64,000 bases of DNA from Squalus acanthias (taxonomy: Eukaryota). The stretch is taken from NCBI GenBank assembly GCA_030390025.1, contig JASTWF010000493.1, positions 248,001 to 312,000 on the forward strand, given 5' to 3'. The notes beneath the pieces are model-generated. The model saw only the letters and a list, made by a program, of their open reading frames with translations, did not search any database and had not been told where the DNA came from. This document shows, piece after piece, positions 24,977 through 39,047 of this stretch. A program made the translations under genes and the position numbers. How positions within the stretch are numbered: the first letter of the stretch is position 1; each line of letters begins with the position of its first letter.

Positions 24977-25969
24977 TCTCAACCTCTACCCTGTCAAGCC
25001 CTCTCAGAATCTTATATGTTTCAATGAGATCACCTCTCATTCTTCAAAACTCCAGAGAGTTTAGGCCCATTCTACTCAATCTCTCCTTATAGGACAACCC
25101 TCTCATCCCAGGAATCAATCTAGTGAACCTTTGTTGCACCACATCTAAGGCAAGTATATCCTTCCTTAGGTACGGACACCAAAACTGTGCACAGTACTCC
25201 AGGTGTGGTCTCACCAAAGCCCTGTACAATTGCAGCAAGACTTCCTTACTCTTATACTCCAAACCCCTTGCAATAAAGGCCAACATACCATTTGCCTTCC
25301 TAATGGCTTGCTGTACCTGCATGTTAACTTTCTGTGTTTTGTGTACAAGGTAGTTTACAGAAATATAGGACCTGGATGCAATTAGTAGACTGCAGTTAGC
25401 TACAGAACAGCAAGAACCTCACCAATAACTATCAGACAGTTTAAAACACTATTTACTTTTTGTCATAGCACCGCAATATGTTAGTATGGGGAAACCAAAA
25501 AGTGATTTACAGCCTCAGCTAAAATTCTCAGATGGGGTTGGTCACTGGGCAGTTGCAACAAGTGGAGGTGAGGTGCATAACTGACAATAGGGAGGGAAAA
25601 AATCATCAAGAATGCCTCTTTGGTCACACTTTGGCATCACTTACCAGCTGACAACAAAGCAACAATAATGGGGGAGCATGGAGCTATCCATTCATATGTC
25701 TCGTTTCTCAATTAGAGTATGGTTGCAGAATCTGAAATTATATCAAAGGGAGAAAAGACAGTGGAAATCCATTTAAGCAAAGTGCTGCTTTTTGTTTGAT
25801 AGTGCGGGCATTTATACTTTTACACTGTTGTGGACTGCCATTACATCACCTTCATGTAACGAAAAGGAAAGACTTGCATTTATATAACGCCTTTCACTGC
25901 CTCAGATCATCCCAAAGCGCTTTACAGCCACTGTAGATTCCACAGGAGTGGGATATACTTCACTATGCT

Positions 25970-27258
25970 GTGCACCATATTATAAAAAGGATATAGAGGC
26001 ACTGGAGAAGGTGCAAAAAAGATTCACAAGGATGATACCAGAACTGAGAGGATATCCTTACCAGGAAAGGCTGATCAGTCTGGGGCTATTTTTTCTAGAA
26101 AGGAGAAGGCTGAGGGGTGACCTGATAGAGGTCTTTAAGATAATGAAAGGGTTTGATAGGGTAGACATAGAGAAAATGTTTCCACTTGTGGGGAGTCCAA
26201 AACTAGAGGTCCTAAGTATAAGATGGTCACCAATAAATCTAATAGGGAGAAACTTCTTTACCCCAGAGAGTGGTAAGGATGTGGAACTCGCTACCACTAG
26301 GTGTAGTCTTGTGACAAATAGCATAGATGTGTTTAAGGGGAAGCTAGACAAGCACATGAGGGAGAAAGGAATAGAAGGATATGCTGATAGGGTTAGATGA
26401 AGAGGGGTGGGAGGAGGCTTGTGTGGAGCATAGACCAGTTGGGCCGAATAGCCTGTTTCTGTGATGTAGGGGGGAATTTTGCCAGCCCTGGGGAGGCGGG
26501 TATGGAGGTCGGACTGCCGGGAAAATGGCAGAAACTGGGAGCGGGTACCGAACCCGCTCCCAACCCGCCTCCGTGCCATCTTCCCAGGAGTTAACAGGCA
26601 GTTAAGAGGCTTATCACCATTTTACCCCTCCAAGTGCGGGCTTCCCGAAGTCAGGAAACCCCACCAGGGTCAACGAGGCGAGCAGTGGGTCTGCGGGGGT
26701 GAGAGGGATCGAAAAGTCCGCTGTGGAGGTGAGTGATGGGTGCAAGTGTGGAGAGGTAAGTATGAGTGGTGAGTGTAAAGTGTGAGAAAAAGTTTACTTA
26801 CCTTTGTTTCTTTCTGCAGGCTTCAACCCTTGGGGATCCGGAGGTGCCTCATCTCCACGGCAGAAATGACAGAATGGCTGCTGCATTCTCAGATCCAGCA
26901 GCCATCTGATTTCTGCCGAGGAAATAGGTTTTGGTGAGCCTTGAGTGCAAGGACTCGCCACAGAACAGAGAATGTCACTGTTTGACAGCTTCTCAAAGCT
27001 GTCAAATGCTGACAATTCATCTGTCAAAAATTTTGACAGATGAAATGTCATCGCTGACGTCCTCTGTCACCGGCTTTCCCTTAATTGGCCGGCTAAGCCC
27101 GCAAGGCGGGCTTAACAAAATCAATCAAGGGAAAATAGCGTGGGTTGGCTGGACGTCGTTGGGGGCGGGACTGAAACCCAGCAACCAGCAGTCCCGCCCC
27201 CAACGCGTCCCCATTGATAAAATCCAGCCCGTAGACTCCACGTAACTCGATGTAACTC
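25970..27258 (+). mobile_element. CR1 LINE 3' fragment, tail interrupted by a MITE
   Basis: YKKDIEALEKVQKRFTRMIPELRG...RRRLRGDLIEVFKIMKGFDRVD; the tail resumes at 27231 (gtaactcgatgtaactc); same family as 11088-11992. Confidence 0.88.
26469..27230. mobile_element. Non-autonomous Harbinger element
   Basis: TIRs ggggggaatttt / aaaatccagccc; 3-bp TSD GTA; interior related to 32973-34683. Confidence 0.8.
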
Positions 27259-28519
27259 TGATGATCCTTCCTGTTGAAAATAAACAAAACTTGCAGGTAA
27301 GACCCATTTCTAAGCTGTGGTGCCTCTGAAGACTGAATGACTTCTAGGAAATGATACACAGTCAAAATATAGATTTGGCCCACATATTACAGTGAAAGAG
27401 AAGCTTTATAATTACCCCCTGCTGGAAACAGGATATTTGATCGAGAGACCCCTGTTGTATCCTGCTAAACAATATAGATATTTTGCATGGATATTTCCAT
27501 CAGCATAACACAATTTTTGTTTAAATCTCAAACTGTGGCTTCATAGGTGGCATCATAGTACGCCATTATCTAAACAGATTTGTCCATGCTCGTCAATTTC
27601 CTTCTGTCATCGGCAATGATCTCTGGCTTTTCATATGCATCATTCTTTAAAATCCCAGCGGCACTTCCTCTGCTCACTCACCGCATGTGACGGTGATGAG
27701 GTGTCTGTCATTTTTATCACTGAATTTGATGTTGAACAGATTTTTACTGTTCAGCAGGTCAGTTTTCTGAGCCTTCTAGGTATTTTTGGTTATTGTCTAT
27801 TGGCAACCAAAATAGACCGCAGCAATGTAATCAAAAGACTAATACAACCCTTTGTAACACTGTAACTAGCTAACAGATCTTTGTTAACCAATTGGCAGTG
27901 TGTGTTCACTGTGTGGTCATGATCCGACATTATCTATAATCTACGTATTAAGGAATAAAGGACATAGCAACTCCGTATCTATCAGTTTTATTTAATGAAT
28001 CTCTCTGCAGTTGTTCACATTTTGGTTTACTTAAAATAAATGCTGTCAAATATTGCTTATGATTAATAAAATAAAGAAAGCTTGATAATAACGTGCACTG
28101 TAAGGCTTTTGTTTAGAAATCATTTGCAAAAAAAATTATTAATCTGATTATGAACTTGTTTATTCTGTTGACTTGTTTTTGTGAAATAAACTAACTGGGA
28201 GGAACTGTGTTTCCGCTCACATTTTTAATTGTATTTACAAGAGTTGACATTCACATTCATATTTGTGCTGGTGATAAAACCGAGGGAAGTAACGAGGAGG
28301 AATTTATTGTGGTCATTAGTTTGAAAGAGCTGAGTTAACATGCACAGTGCAATTATAAGAACACTAAGCCACCCTGGGTTAATGTTTGTATCTATTGATG
28401 TTAATTGCACTTCCTCACATGATCAGTAACTCCTCCAGGACAGCTAGCCAGTTCCCCTGCTGTCATCATGACTTATTTTTTAAACAGAAAATCAACAGAA
28501 ACTAAACAAAATTACAGCT

Positions 28520-31430
28520 ATGAAGCCACCACCACCACCACCTGGGACACAGGGAAAATGGAAGACAAGCCAAAGAAGGAGAGGTGGGTTTAAAGGAGTG
28601 TCTTAAAGAAGCAGAGGGAGGTAGAGAAGCGCAGAGATTTAGGGAGGGTATTAATGAGCACCAGCTGAAGAACATATGCAACACATCACATATACTCCAC
28701 TAAATTCACTCTATGTCAGACAACTTTGCATTTATATAGCACCTTTAATGTAAAAGAAACATCTCAAGGTGCTTCACAGAGGTGTAAGGAAAATGGATGA
28801 CAAGCCTAAGAAGGAGAGGTGGGTTTTAAGGAGGGTCCTAAAGGAGGAGAGGGAGGAAGAGAAGCGCAGAATTTAGGGAGGGTATTCCAGAGCGTAGGGC
28901 CTAGGCAACTGAAGGAATGGCTGCCAATGATGGAGTGAAGGCAGATGGAGATGCACAAAAGGCCGGAAAGAATGGGAGGAAGGTTGTGGGCTGGAGGAAG
29001 TTACAGAGATAAGGAGGCGCAAGGCCATGGAGCAATTTAAATACAAGCATGTGAGTTTTAAAATTGAGGCATTTGAGAAATTAGAGGACAGGGAGCCAAC
29101 ATCGGTCAGTGAGGACAGAGGAGGTAGGTGAGCAGGATTTAGTGCAGAATAGAATACAGACTGCAGAGTATGAGGATGAGCTGAAGTTACAGAGGGTCGA
29201 GGATGGGAGGCCAGCCAGGAGAGGTTTGGAATCATTGTCTGGAGGTGACAAAGGCATGAATCAAGATTTCAGCAACAGATGGGCTGAGGTGGAGGGGGGA
29301 GTTGTGCACCATTACGCGCTGAAAGTAAGTGGAATTTGTGGTCGAGATTATATGGAAGCTCAGCTCCGAGTTGAATAGGATGCTGAGGTTGCGATCAGTC
29401 TGGTTCAGCCTCAGAGAGTGGCCAGGGAGGGAGAATTTGTGGCGGGGTCGAAGACGATGGCTTCAGTCTTCCCAATATTTAACTGGAGGAAATTACAGCT
29501 CATCCAAGACTGGATGTCAGACAGGCAGGCTGACAACACAGAGGCAGTGGAGGGGTCTAGGCAGGTGATGGAGAGGTAGAGCTGGTTGTAATCAGCAGAA
29601 ATGTGGAAGCTGATCTCATGTCTGTGAATAATGTCTGCAAGGGACAAAACGTAGCTGAGGAAGAAGAGGGGGCCAAGTAAGATCGTTGGGGTACCCCGTT
29701 AAAGATGCGGGGGTGGGAAGAGAAGCCATTGCTGGAGATGCCCTGGCTATGTTTGGATAGTTATGAGTGGAACTAAGCAAGGGTACTCCCACTGAGCTGG
29801 TCAACAGAGTAGAGACATTGAGGAGGATGGTGTGGTCGACTATGTCAAATGCTGTAGAGAGGTTGAGGAAGATGAGGACAGATAACGCACCATGGTTACA
29901 GTCACAGAGTATGTCATTGGTGACTTTGGTTAGGACTGTTTTGGGACCGTGTTGGGGCAGAAACCTGATTCGAGAAATTCAAACAGGGAGTTGTGGGAAA
30001 GATGGGCAGAGAATAGGGAGGTGACAATTTGTTCAAGGACAAAAAGGAAAGGACGGTTAAAGATAGGGCAATAGTTTGCAAGGACAGAGGGATTGAGGGT
30101 GTTTTTCTGAGGAGGGTGGCTTTGAAAGGAAGGGGAACAGTACCTGAGGAGACGGAACCATTTACAATGTTAGCTAGCATGGGGAGCCAGGCTGGAATTT
30201 GGGTGGTCATCAACAACAACAACAACAACTTGTATTTATATACATCTTTAACGTAGTAAAATGTTCCAAGGAGCTTCACAGGAGCGTTACCAAACAAAAT
30301 TTTGACACTGAGCCACATAAGGAGATATTAGGGCAGATGACCCAAAGCTTTGTCAATGAGGTAAATTTTAAGGAATGTCTTAAAGGAGGAAAGAGAGGTA
30401 GAGAGGCAGAGAGGTTTAGGGAGGGAATTCCAGAGCTTAGGGCCTTGGCAGCTGAAGGCACGGCCTCGAATGGTGGATTGATTAACATATGGGATGCTCA
30501 AGAGGCCAGAATTGGAGGAGCACAGATATCTCGGAGGGTTGTAGGGCTGGAGGAGATTAGCGATAGGGAGGGTGAGGCCATGGAGGGATTTGAAAACAAG
30601 GATGAGAATCAGTTTAGTAAGAATGGGGGTCAAGGCAGCAGGGGTAGGACTTATGGATGAGATATACTTAGAGATGACATGAAGTGAGATGGGAGATAAA
30701 CTAGAGAGAGATGCAGGTTCAGGGCTAGGGCGGGAGGGAACCTGAGGAAGGTTTGGCTTGGTGGGAAAGGGGAAGGGGGAAAGCAACAGAGGCAGCTGAA
30801 TGGATGGTCTCAATCATAGTGTCAAAGAAGTCAATGAGCTCCTTGCACAGTTTTGAAGGTGAATGGAGCAGGAGAGAGGGGTTTAAGGAGATGGTTGGTC
30901 ATGGAGAAAAGAAGCTGGAATCAGCCTGGAGTAGTGGGTAGTTTTGGCAGAGGGGAATGAGCCCTAACAGCACTTGATGTGGTCCAGCCAGATCTGGTGA
31001 TGGATGACGAAACTATTTGTGCAATGGATATACTCAGGTCTGAGCCCCTTGGTCTTGAGGGAACGAAGACCGGGGCCATACCAGGGAGGAAAACCAGGAT
31101 GGGAGAGAGTTAAGTTTTTTCTGGGGCAAAGAGCATCAAAGGTGGAGTTTGAGCAAACCGACAGCTGCAGAAGTATCGTGGTGAATGGAAGGCCCAAGGC
31201 CAGACAGTTGGGAGTTTGAACATGCAGTTGTAAATAACTTAGCAGAGATATTTTCCAGGGACGAATGCAGAAGGAAGTGGGATTGAAAGGGGTAGGGAGT
31301 TTTAGATGGTAAGGGATACAAGGAAGCGGTCGTAGATAGTCTTATCAGTGATCAAGATCATAAAAGTAGACAGGCCACGGGAAATGCTAAGGTCGAGGAG
31401 GTGGCCATTAATATGGGTAGGAGAGTGGCT
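28520..31430 (-). mobile_element. L2-clade LINE remnants, with a nested L2 3' piece at ~30210-30613
   Basis: ACLSDIQSWMSCNFLQLNIGKTEAIVF; RGRAFSCQGPKLWNSLP; (caa)n tail at 30211-30229; matches 56641-57515. Confidence 0.85.
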
Positions 31431-31989
31431 GGAGGGGCTGGTACTAGAAGGACACTCTCTAGCACATATGCTGGTTATTTCCCTGCATTCAGCAGTCAGG
31501 GAAACACAGAGATCATGACTGGCTTTGTAGTTCTAAAGGACCCAAGGTAATGCTTGTCAGTACTACTCCCTAGTCAACATGGGCCAATACAGTATGCAAA
31601 CCAGTACTGCTGTCCATGCTAATTGCAAGAATGTTCATCCTCTCCTCACTGCAGCAGAAAGCAGGCCCCAACAAATATGTGGTTGAAGCACCTATGGCGT
31701 GTATCCTAATTCAAACAATTGATATTCAGCCTCAGCCTTGGCGAATATCAAGCTGTACAGGGTCTATTTTTAGGGACTATTTGGAACAACCTTTCCTCCC
31801 ACATTGAAACCATTCATCGGGAGGGGAAGCAGACCAGCACAGGAAGGAAAATAAGCCAGCAGCCATAACACATCCATAGATAAGCCAGGAGTGAGATTAC
31901 AACCAATAATACCACCGTTATACCACCATATCCCTTAATTTTCTTTTAATCTTCTGGTTCTGCCCAACAATTCTACATAAGATAACAGA

Positions 31990-32760
31990 CTGTTACAACA
32001 CAGAAACAAGCCATTTAGCCCATCAGGTCTGTGCTAGTGTTTTTCTCCACATGAGCCACCTAGTCTAAGTACACTCCTGCTCATTCCCTAAACTTTTTAA
32101 TATTCTTCTTTTTCAAGCAACTATCGAATTCATTTTTTTAAAATTTATGAGTTCTGCTTCCACAAAGACTTATGAGAGAGAATTACATATTTTAAGCACC
32201 CTCTCTATAAGATTCCCCTTTAGTTTTTCTTGTAGATATCTTAAATTTGTGTCCTCTTATTACCATCTAACCAACCAGTGAAACAATCTACCCCTGTTTA
32301 CCTTATCATAATCCTTCATAATCTTGAAGACTTCATAGAATCATAGAATCTTACAGCGCAGAAGAAGGCCATTTGGCCCATCATGCCTGTGCCGGCTCTT
32401 TGAAAGAGCTATCCGATTAGTCCCACTTCCCTACTCTTTCCCCATAGCCCTGCAAATTTTTCCTTTTCAATTATGTATCAGTTCACTCTCTCAGATCATC
32501 CTTTTACCTTCTCAGTTCTAGTGAAAAACTTCTCAAGTCTCTCTTTATAACTGTAATTTATAATCCCTCAGACATCCTAGTGAATCTATGCTGCAACTTT
32601 CCCATTGTTTTTAATACCCTTCCTACAATGGGTGTCCAAAACTGCACACAATACTCCAACTGTGATCTAACTAAGGTTTTGTACAAGTACAACATTAACT
32701 CCTTGCTTTTGAATTGTCTCTAGATACAAAACCAAGGATTCCATTTTCTTTTATATACTT
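31990..32760 (-). mobile_element. Old CR1 fragment with a nested CR1 tail (32334-32480)
   Basis: (catagaat)n tail and ggccatttggccc motif; ccaaaactgcacacaatactcc (EYCVQFW on minus). Confidence 0.7.
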
Positions 32761-32972
32761 GAGTTTATCAGCACATCAAAGTCCCCCTCCTCCTACTGAT
32801 TCTCAGCCTTTCGCTTTTTGTCTGACAACGAATGAAATTCTCCTTGTTTCATAGCTTTAAAACTTGAAACCATCCTTGTTGTCCTATTTGAACCTTTTCC
32901 AATGCTTCCATCTCCTTTAGTAAATACAGTGATGTAAGCAGAACACAACACTCCAAGAGTTTCACTTACTAT

Positions 32973-34683
32973 GGCCGTGATTTCACCAGCGGAGGCAGAA
33001 TCGCAGCGGGAGAGGTGGTTGGCGGGTTCCAGTTCCGTTTCCAGCTGCAGCCGCTCTACAAAAAGGATTTTCCGTTGATTGGGCTTGTTAAGCCCGCCCT
33101 GCGGGGTTGCCGGCCAATTAAAAGGAAGCGGGTCTGATGATGTCATTTAATGACGCATCATCAGCCGGATTCCTTAAAAGGTCCATGGCCGCATTCAGTT
33201 GTGCTGTCAGTGTTCTACAGCATTGAGGTGCTGCAAACACTGACAAGCACTGCACAAAAGTGCACGGCTGCACCCAGGCTCTCCCATGACTCCCTCCATA
33301 TGCTTCCCATGGGTGGAAGAGACCTCCCCAGGACACCAACGCAGCCTGGTTACACATTGCATAGGAGGGCAAAAGTAGCGATGTCATCAGGAGGACCAGT
33401 CTACAGTGGCATAAACCTTTCAATGATCTCATTAGATCACGAAACGTTATTGCCAAGCCACACTCAACCTCATCCTGCTGTGCCTCTCATCACATCCCCA
33501 ACACACTGCCTTCCCTACCCTACTCCTGCACATCTTTACTCACACCAACTTACTTTGCACCTCCACCCATCCCTCTCTATCTACATTTACACTTCCCCAT
33601 CTCACTAGCCACCCCTCACACTCACCCTCATCCTACTGCAAGCATACCAACTAAGAACACACAAGGGTAGGCACTTGGGTGGTTTATTCAATGGTCATGT
33701 GAAGTTTCTGGTAATGTGCTGTCAAACATTGTAATCTTTAGTTTGAACACTTTGCATTCTTGGACAGATTTGTGCGCACCTTTGGAAGTGGTTTAGTGAG
33801 TTTCAGTGAATGGTGAGACATAATGTTCCCCCCCCCCCGCCCCGCCAATGGTGATGAGTGTGAAAGAAATGACTTGGACATTGTAGAGATGCTTTATGGT
33901 GCTGGTGTGGGGTGGTGCCAACCTGGTGCATCATGTGGCAGCCAGGGTGTACAGTGTTAAATGAGCAAATCTGGACATGGTGAGGCCATCGCTGGAATCC
34001 CGGGCAGCAATGTGCACGTGTGATGATGCCCTGTGTCCAGTGCAGCATCAGTTGATTGCGGAGAGGTTTGGTGTGGATGTTGGTGTGCCCAGTAATGTTG
34101 GTGTTGGGGCTGATTGTGTTAGGATTCTGAGGACCAAGGTGAGATTTTTTCAAGGGCACCAATGTTGCTGGAATAGATGGCAGCTGAAGTTGAGATACCA
34201 GAAGTGATCTGTCAATGGTGAGAGAGCTTGCTCCAAGGAGGTGACAGTGGATAGAGAGTTTACTCCAAACACTTCCAAACTGCATACAGCTCAAAAGTGT
34301 CTTCCAAGTCATGAAGGCTCAAGTTTCTGACATTGGAAAGTGACCAGCTGTGAAATGGAAGCTTTCATACAACTTTTGCAGCTGTCACCTATTCACAGCA
34401 ATGGGGAGACATAGAGAACCCGACCTACTTACCTGATGTGATCTCTGAACAACGTGAACCCCATTAAAAATGTAGTAAACAAGCACTTAACAAGCAGTTA
34501 AGTATCTTAAATGCCTCCCCCACCGCTTGGTGTCGGGTCTGTTCTGAAATCGCAGACCCAATACTCTGGAAACTTACATGGAGGCGGGTTCGCAGCGGGT
34601 TCCCAACCCGCTGTCAATCATTTTGATTTTGACAGTGAACCTGCCTCCAAACCCGCACTCTGAGCGCTGGCAAAATTCTGCCC
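32973..34683. mobile_element. Internally deleted Harbinger element with a Myb/SANT remnant
   Basis: TIRs ggccgtgatttc / aaaattctgccc, flanks TAT/CAT; 33265-33440 encodes AAPRLSHDSL...AAWLHIA*...RRTSLQWHKPFNDL (frameshifted). Confidence 0.72.
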
Positions 34684-35509
34684 CATGTTTCTCTCCTTGC
34701 TCCCTCTCTCCTGAATGTTGTAGCCCATGCTGGAGTACAGTTTGCTGGATGCTTGCAGCTATTTGTTACTAGTGCAGCACAAACACTACAGCACAAACAC
34801 TGCAAGAACTGTAATGGTACTAACATTTGTAGTTATCTCCTCATGCCCTAAAGTAGTAGTAAATGAGTTAGGGAGGGTGATAATAAAAGAAATCAACACA
34901 ATATTCAGCCCATTCAAAAGCACCATGCAAGAAGTCAAACTGGATACAAAATTGTCCTTTTGCATGAAACTGACATTTACAATGGTAATAAAACAAATAA
35001 CTATCTGTAGAAAAGCATAATTTAAAAATAATTTTAGATAGGTTTGCAAAATAAACCACAACTGCCCATAAGTTCCTCTATACAAAACCTACATATTTTC
35101 TGATGTATTTCAGATAGAAATTGATTTGGACATGGTCAACCATTCTGTAAGCCCATAACTTCCTAGCACAGGCTTGATGGAGTGAAGATGTGACTAGAAA
35201 GGACAAAAGAGAAAGTTTTCTTCTTCAGGCCTGAGATTTTTCTTGTGTCATGTGTGCCTATCCTCTGGCTGCTACAATTACTCCAACACATCATTACCCA
35301 CTAGTTTAAAAAAGGACCAATGAGCTGGGATGAAAATTCATTTCTAAGACTCTATTTATAATGTACATCTGTTGGAGCCAGCAGACAATTCACACTATGA
35401 ACTAGAGCAGATGCTACAAGCACCAGGTATTGCATCCAGAGGTGGTTAACAGCTGTGCCTCAAAATTAAATAGCAGATGTTGACTGCCCTATCCTTTAGC
35501 AAGCATCTT

Positions 35510-35840
35510 TACTTATTTTCTCACCAATGTCTCCCCTTCTCTTCCTTACTTGAGGTGTTTGAACCACTGCTGGGTATGCCTCTACAGAGTCAGTCACCTA
35601 CATAACCATTATTTATGTGGGAGCCTTGACAGTAAACATCAGCAGGTTATTCAAACTTAGGGCATCACAACCAAACTCATTCATATTCTCACCTGAAATC
35701 CACACACATGCATTTTGCAGCATGGATTTCTGAATAGCAATCAGGAGCAGAAACCCTAGCCATGTTCCCTCTCCATGGACAATTATAATACCCCACCACA
35801 CTGGCTGGGACCAGTCAACTCAGCACAGACCAAGGATCAA
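35510..35840 (-). mobile_element. SINE family B copy
   Basis: Reverse complement of 9137-9540 motifs (aactcagcacagacc, gcatcacaacc). Confidence 0.55.
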
Positions 35841-38800
35841 ACCTGGGACTTTCCTGATTTGTTTTGCTCAATTACTTGCTCATGCTTTCTATTTTTGGGG
35901 GTGAATTTTGTGTTAATTTTGATGAGGGATCTTAGTGTTGTCTTTGAGAAAGATTGCTAATTGAGTGCCAGTTAATACTAAACAAGGATTTTGTGCTATG
36001 GATTAATGCCCACCAGAAACAGGATTGAAACTGCCTAAACTCATTTCCCACAGCATTCTTGCAAGCAACAGACAGAGGAATCTTTCATCTCATCAGTCTG
36101 AGGCAGATTTGAACTCAGGTCCCAGAGGTGAAAGGACAGTGCCCAACTCACAAGACCACTGAATCCCCATAGGAAGTGGTTCTTCAGTAAAAATGCACAA
36201 TTAAATGTGATTTCATATGAATACAACATCAGTCTAACATGTTCTACATACAAAGTGGTGCACAAAAGTCTAATCTCTCAGGTCATAATGCCAACTCTTC
36301 ATATGACAGCTGCATTCATTTTATGAGTTATTGCCATAGAATTATCATAATCAAATCAGGTAAACATAATTAATTTCTTATACACTAAAAAAATGTAAAT
36401 ATGCAACAATATAGAGTAAGTATATGAATTTGTAAACATAAATAATCAGAAATTACCAAAGACAAATATTCTTAAAATGCAATTCTGGAATAATATTAAT
36501 TAAAAAATCTGGCTAGTTGACCAGAAGTCTTAATAAACTGTATCATATTCCATGGATTAATAATATAAAACCAGGTTCCCTTTCCAGATTTCACTGGTGT
36601 CTTGATTCAGTTCCTCTATGGTTCCTATATAGGAATAGTAAATAATACTGGTAAGATAAAGTGGCATAAACTCACATGATTAGGTCAAAATTATGAAAAT
36701 GCTGATTTTTTTTGGAAAAAACATTTGTTTTTAGAATGCTTACTGATATTGATAACTACTGGAGAAAACTCAAAATGGGTTGAAATAAACATGAAGAATT
36801 TATTAAAGATGTAAAAGACTTTCAGTATTCTTGCTTTCAGTACAATGTTATATAGATTCTAGGCAAAGAGGGATTTATTGTCTTTTAAGTAACGTAATAT
36901 GACCTGTAACATGATTTCAGACTAAGCTCATTATGTCACCAGTCGTTAAACAGTAAAAAGTGCCAATGTACATATAGAATAATGGACAGCAGTAAGTTGA
37001 AATACAAGGAGTTCAGTGACACTCTTGCACTTCATGACATCATCTTGATGCCATTCTAACATTACAGCCTTGAAACTATTCCCTATTATATGTTATTTAA
37101 AAGGAATGTACCTGACAATTTTAAGTGCAACTATATTTGAATTTTTTTAAACTATTTTTGGCAGATGGATTGCTTTTTTAGTATATTCCGTGACTGTGAT
37201 GTAAACTGTCAGCTCTATGTAGTGCAGTGCGGGATTCACAGAAAAAAATCAAACTTATTGTGACATTTTTACTGCTGGTTTATTAATCATTTCTGATGGA
37301 CTACAGGGGAATTCTCTGACCAATATGTATTACAGAGAGAATTGTGGGTGGACAGCTGAGAGTGAGCTACAGTAACTGAGGGTTTATATGAAACTGAAGT
37401 GGTTTACGGTCATCGTCTGAATTCAAGAATAAATTATCGTAATTTATATATTATAATTTATATATATATTTAGAATTTATACCATGGTACAAATTGATTC
37501 AACCCTCAAACTCATATTGTCCCCAAAGCATGCACAGCCATGCCAAAAAAAACTCGAATGCAACAATGTACTTCCCCTGCAATCACCATTTTACCAAAAT
37601 GTATAATGGAGTCAGAAAGTAAATATGCAAATGTAACTTTTGAATCCAATAAGAAATTAGGGAGGGAAAAGTGAAACCGAAACTTGGTGTCTTCTAAAAA
37701 AAATACCGTGCTCCCAATAAATTGGAAACAGTGAGAGTTAAAAGTAGCGTTGGAATTATATTGATTGATGAAGTTGAGTACTATGATATCAGCGATCATT
37801 GCCACAGAATAATCCTATCATATAATTCCCAGGAGTGTATACTCTGTGTCATTATGGAAAGTTAGGATAAAGTAATAAGGCTGGAATTTAAGACAGGGAT
37901 TTAGATGTCAGCATAAACCATGAGAGCAAAGCTGGAATAGTTTGTCTGTAGCCCGGAATTTAATTATAGCCTTTAAATCCACTGTCTGTCCTTGATTGTA
38001 CTTTATAATGTGTGCTAAAGTCTCAATAAAATGACATTTATGACAGTTAAAAGCAGTGCTGAAGTGACTTTACCATTACAGAATAGCGCTGGTATTTGAC
38101 GCATGGGGGATATAATGTGGATATTATATTAAGTTCTAAACCACAATTACAGGGAAATCAACAGCTTGGCACATATTAGAATGAAAATTGTTTTACAATT
38201 TGGAAGCAAAATCGTTTGCAGTAACGAGACCAAAGCATACGTTATATAACCTTTTTTAATTAGTTTTATTTTCTTAAATTCTGCTCTGAAGCATTGTGCT
38301 CCATCCCTATTGTAATCAACCGATGGTCCCAAAAAGAATGCATTATCAGAACACTGCGTATTATACACATTAACAGAGTAAGGATTAAGCTAGTTCTTGC
38401 GTGCAGTGCAAACGTGTTTAGAAATCTGTCCCTTATGAAGATTGCTTGCAAATTACCCCTTCGTAATACCTTTGAGGTTTACTCAGTTTCTCGATTTCTC
38501 ATTGACGGATTATACACCGCTACTGCAACAAGGTGGCTCTCAGCACAGGTCTGGAAATATAATTGGAAACGTGAAATTAGATATAGTTGATGTCAAGGAT
38601 ACGTCTAATTTCTCTTGTATATATGGCTAATTGTACCACATATTGCAGAAACTTAATCACCCAATGTATATTTACCAAGAGTAAATGGAGTAAATTTAAG
38701 TCGTATCTGAGTGATTGTAAAGCAAATAAAATACGATATATTGCTAATATACAAAATATACTGCACAGAATATTAAAATGTGTCTGGAGTACACTAACGA

Positions 38801-39047
38801 GTTAAACATGGAGCACAATGATTTGAAATAAGGATGAATGAAAAAGCTGCATGGTGAAAATACAGACGAACTATCTGGACCACTGTGCTTAACGGTATCA
38901 AATAAAATCTTTTGATTTGTCCCTTTCTTAATGGAGCTTAGTTTTGACTGATTATCTTTGGCCTGGTGTTAATTCAAAGGAGTAATGCCGTCACAGGACG
39001 AGACAATGCAGTCAATGGGTCAAATCGTTTGATATACAAGCTTAAGG

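Larger units (their letters stand above)
24530..25350 (-). mobile_element. CR1 (HER1-like) LINE 3' fragment
   Basis: QVQQAIRKANGMLAFIARGLEYKSKEVLLQLYRALVRPHLEYCAQFW; interrupted by the 24870-24976 insertion. Confidence 0.9.
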
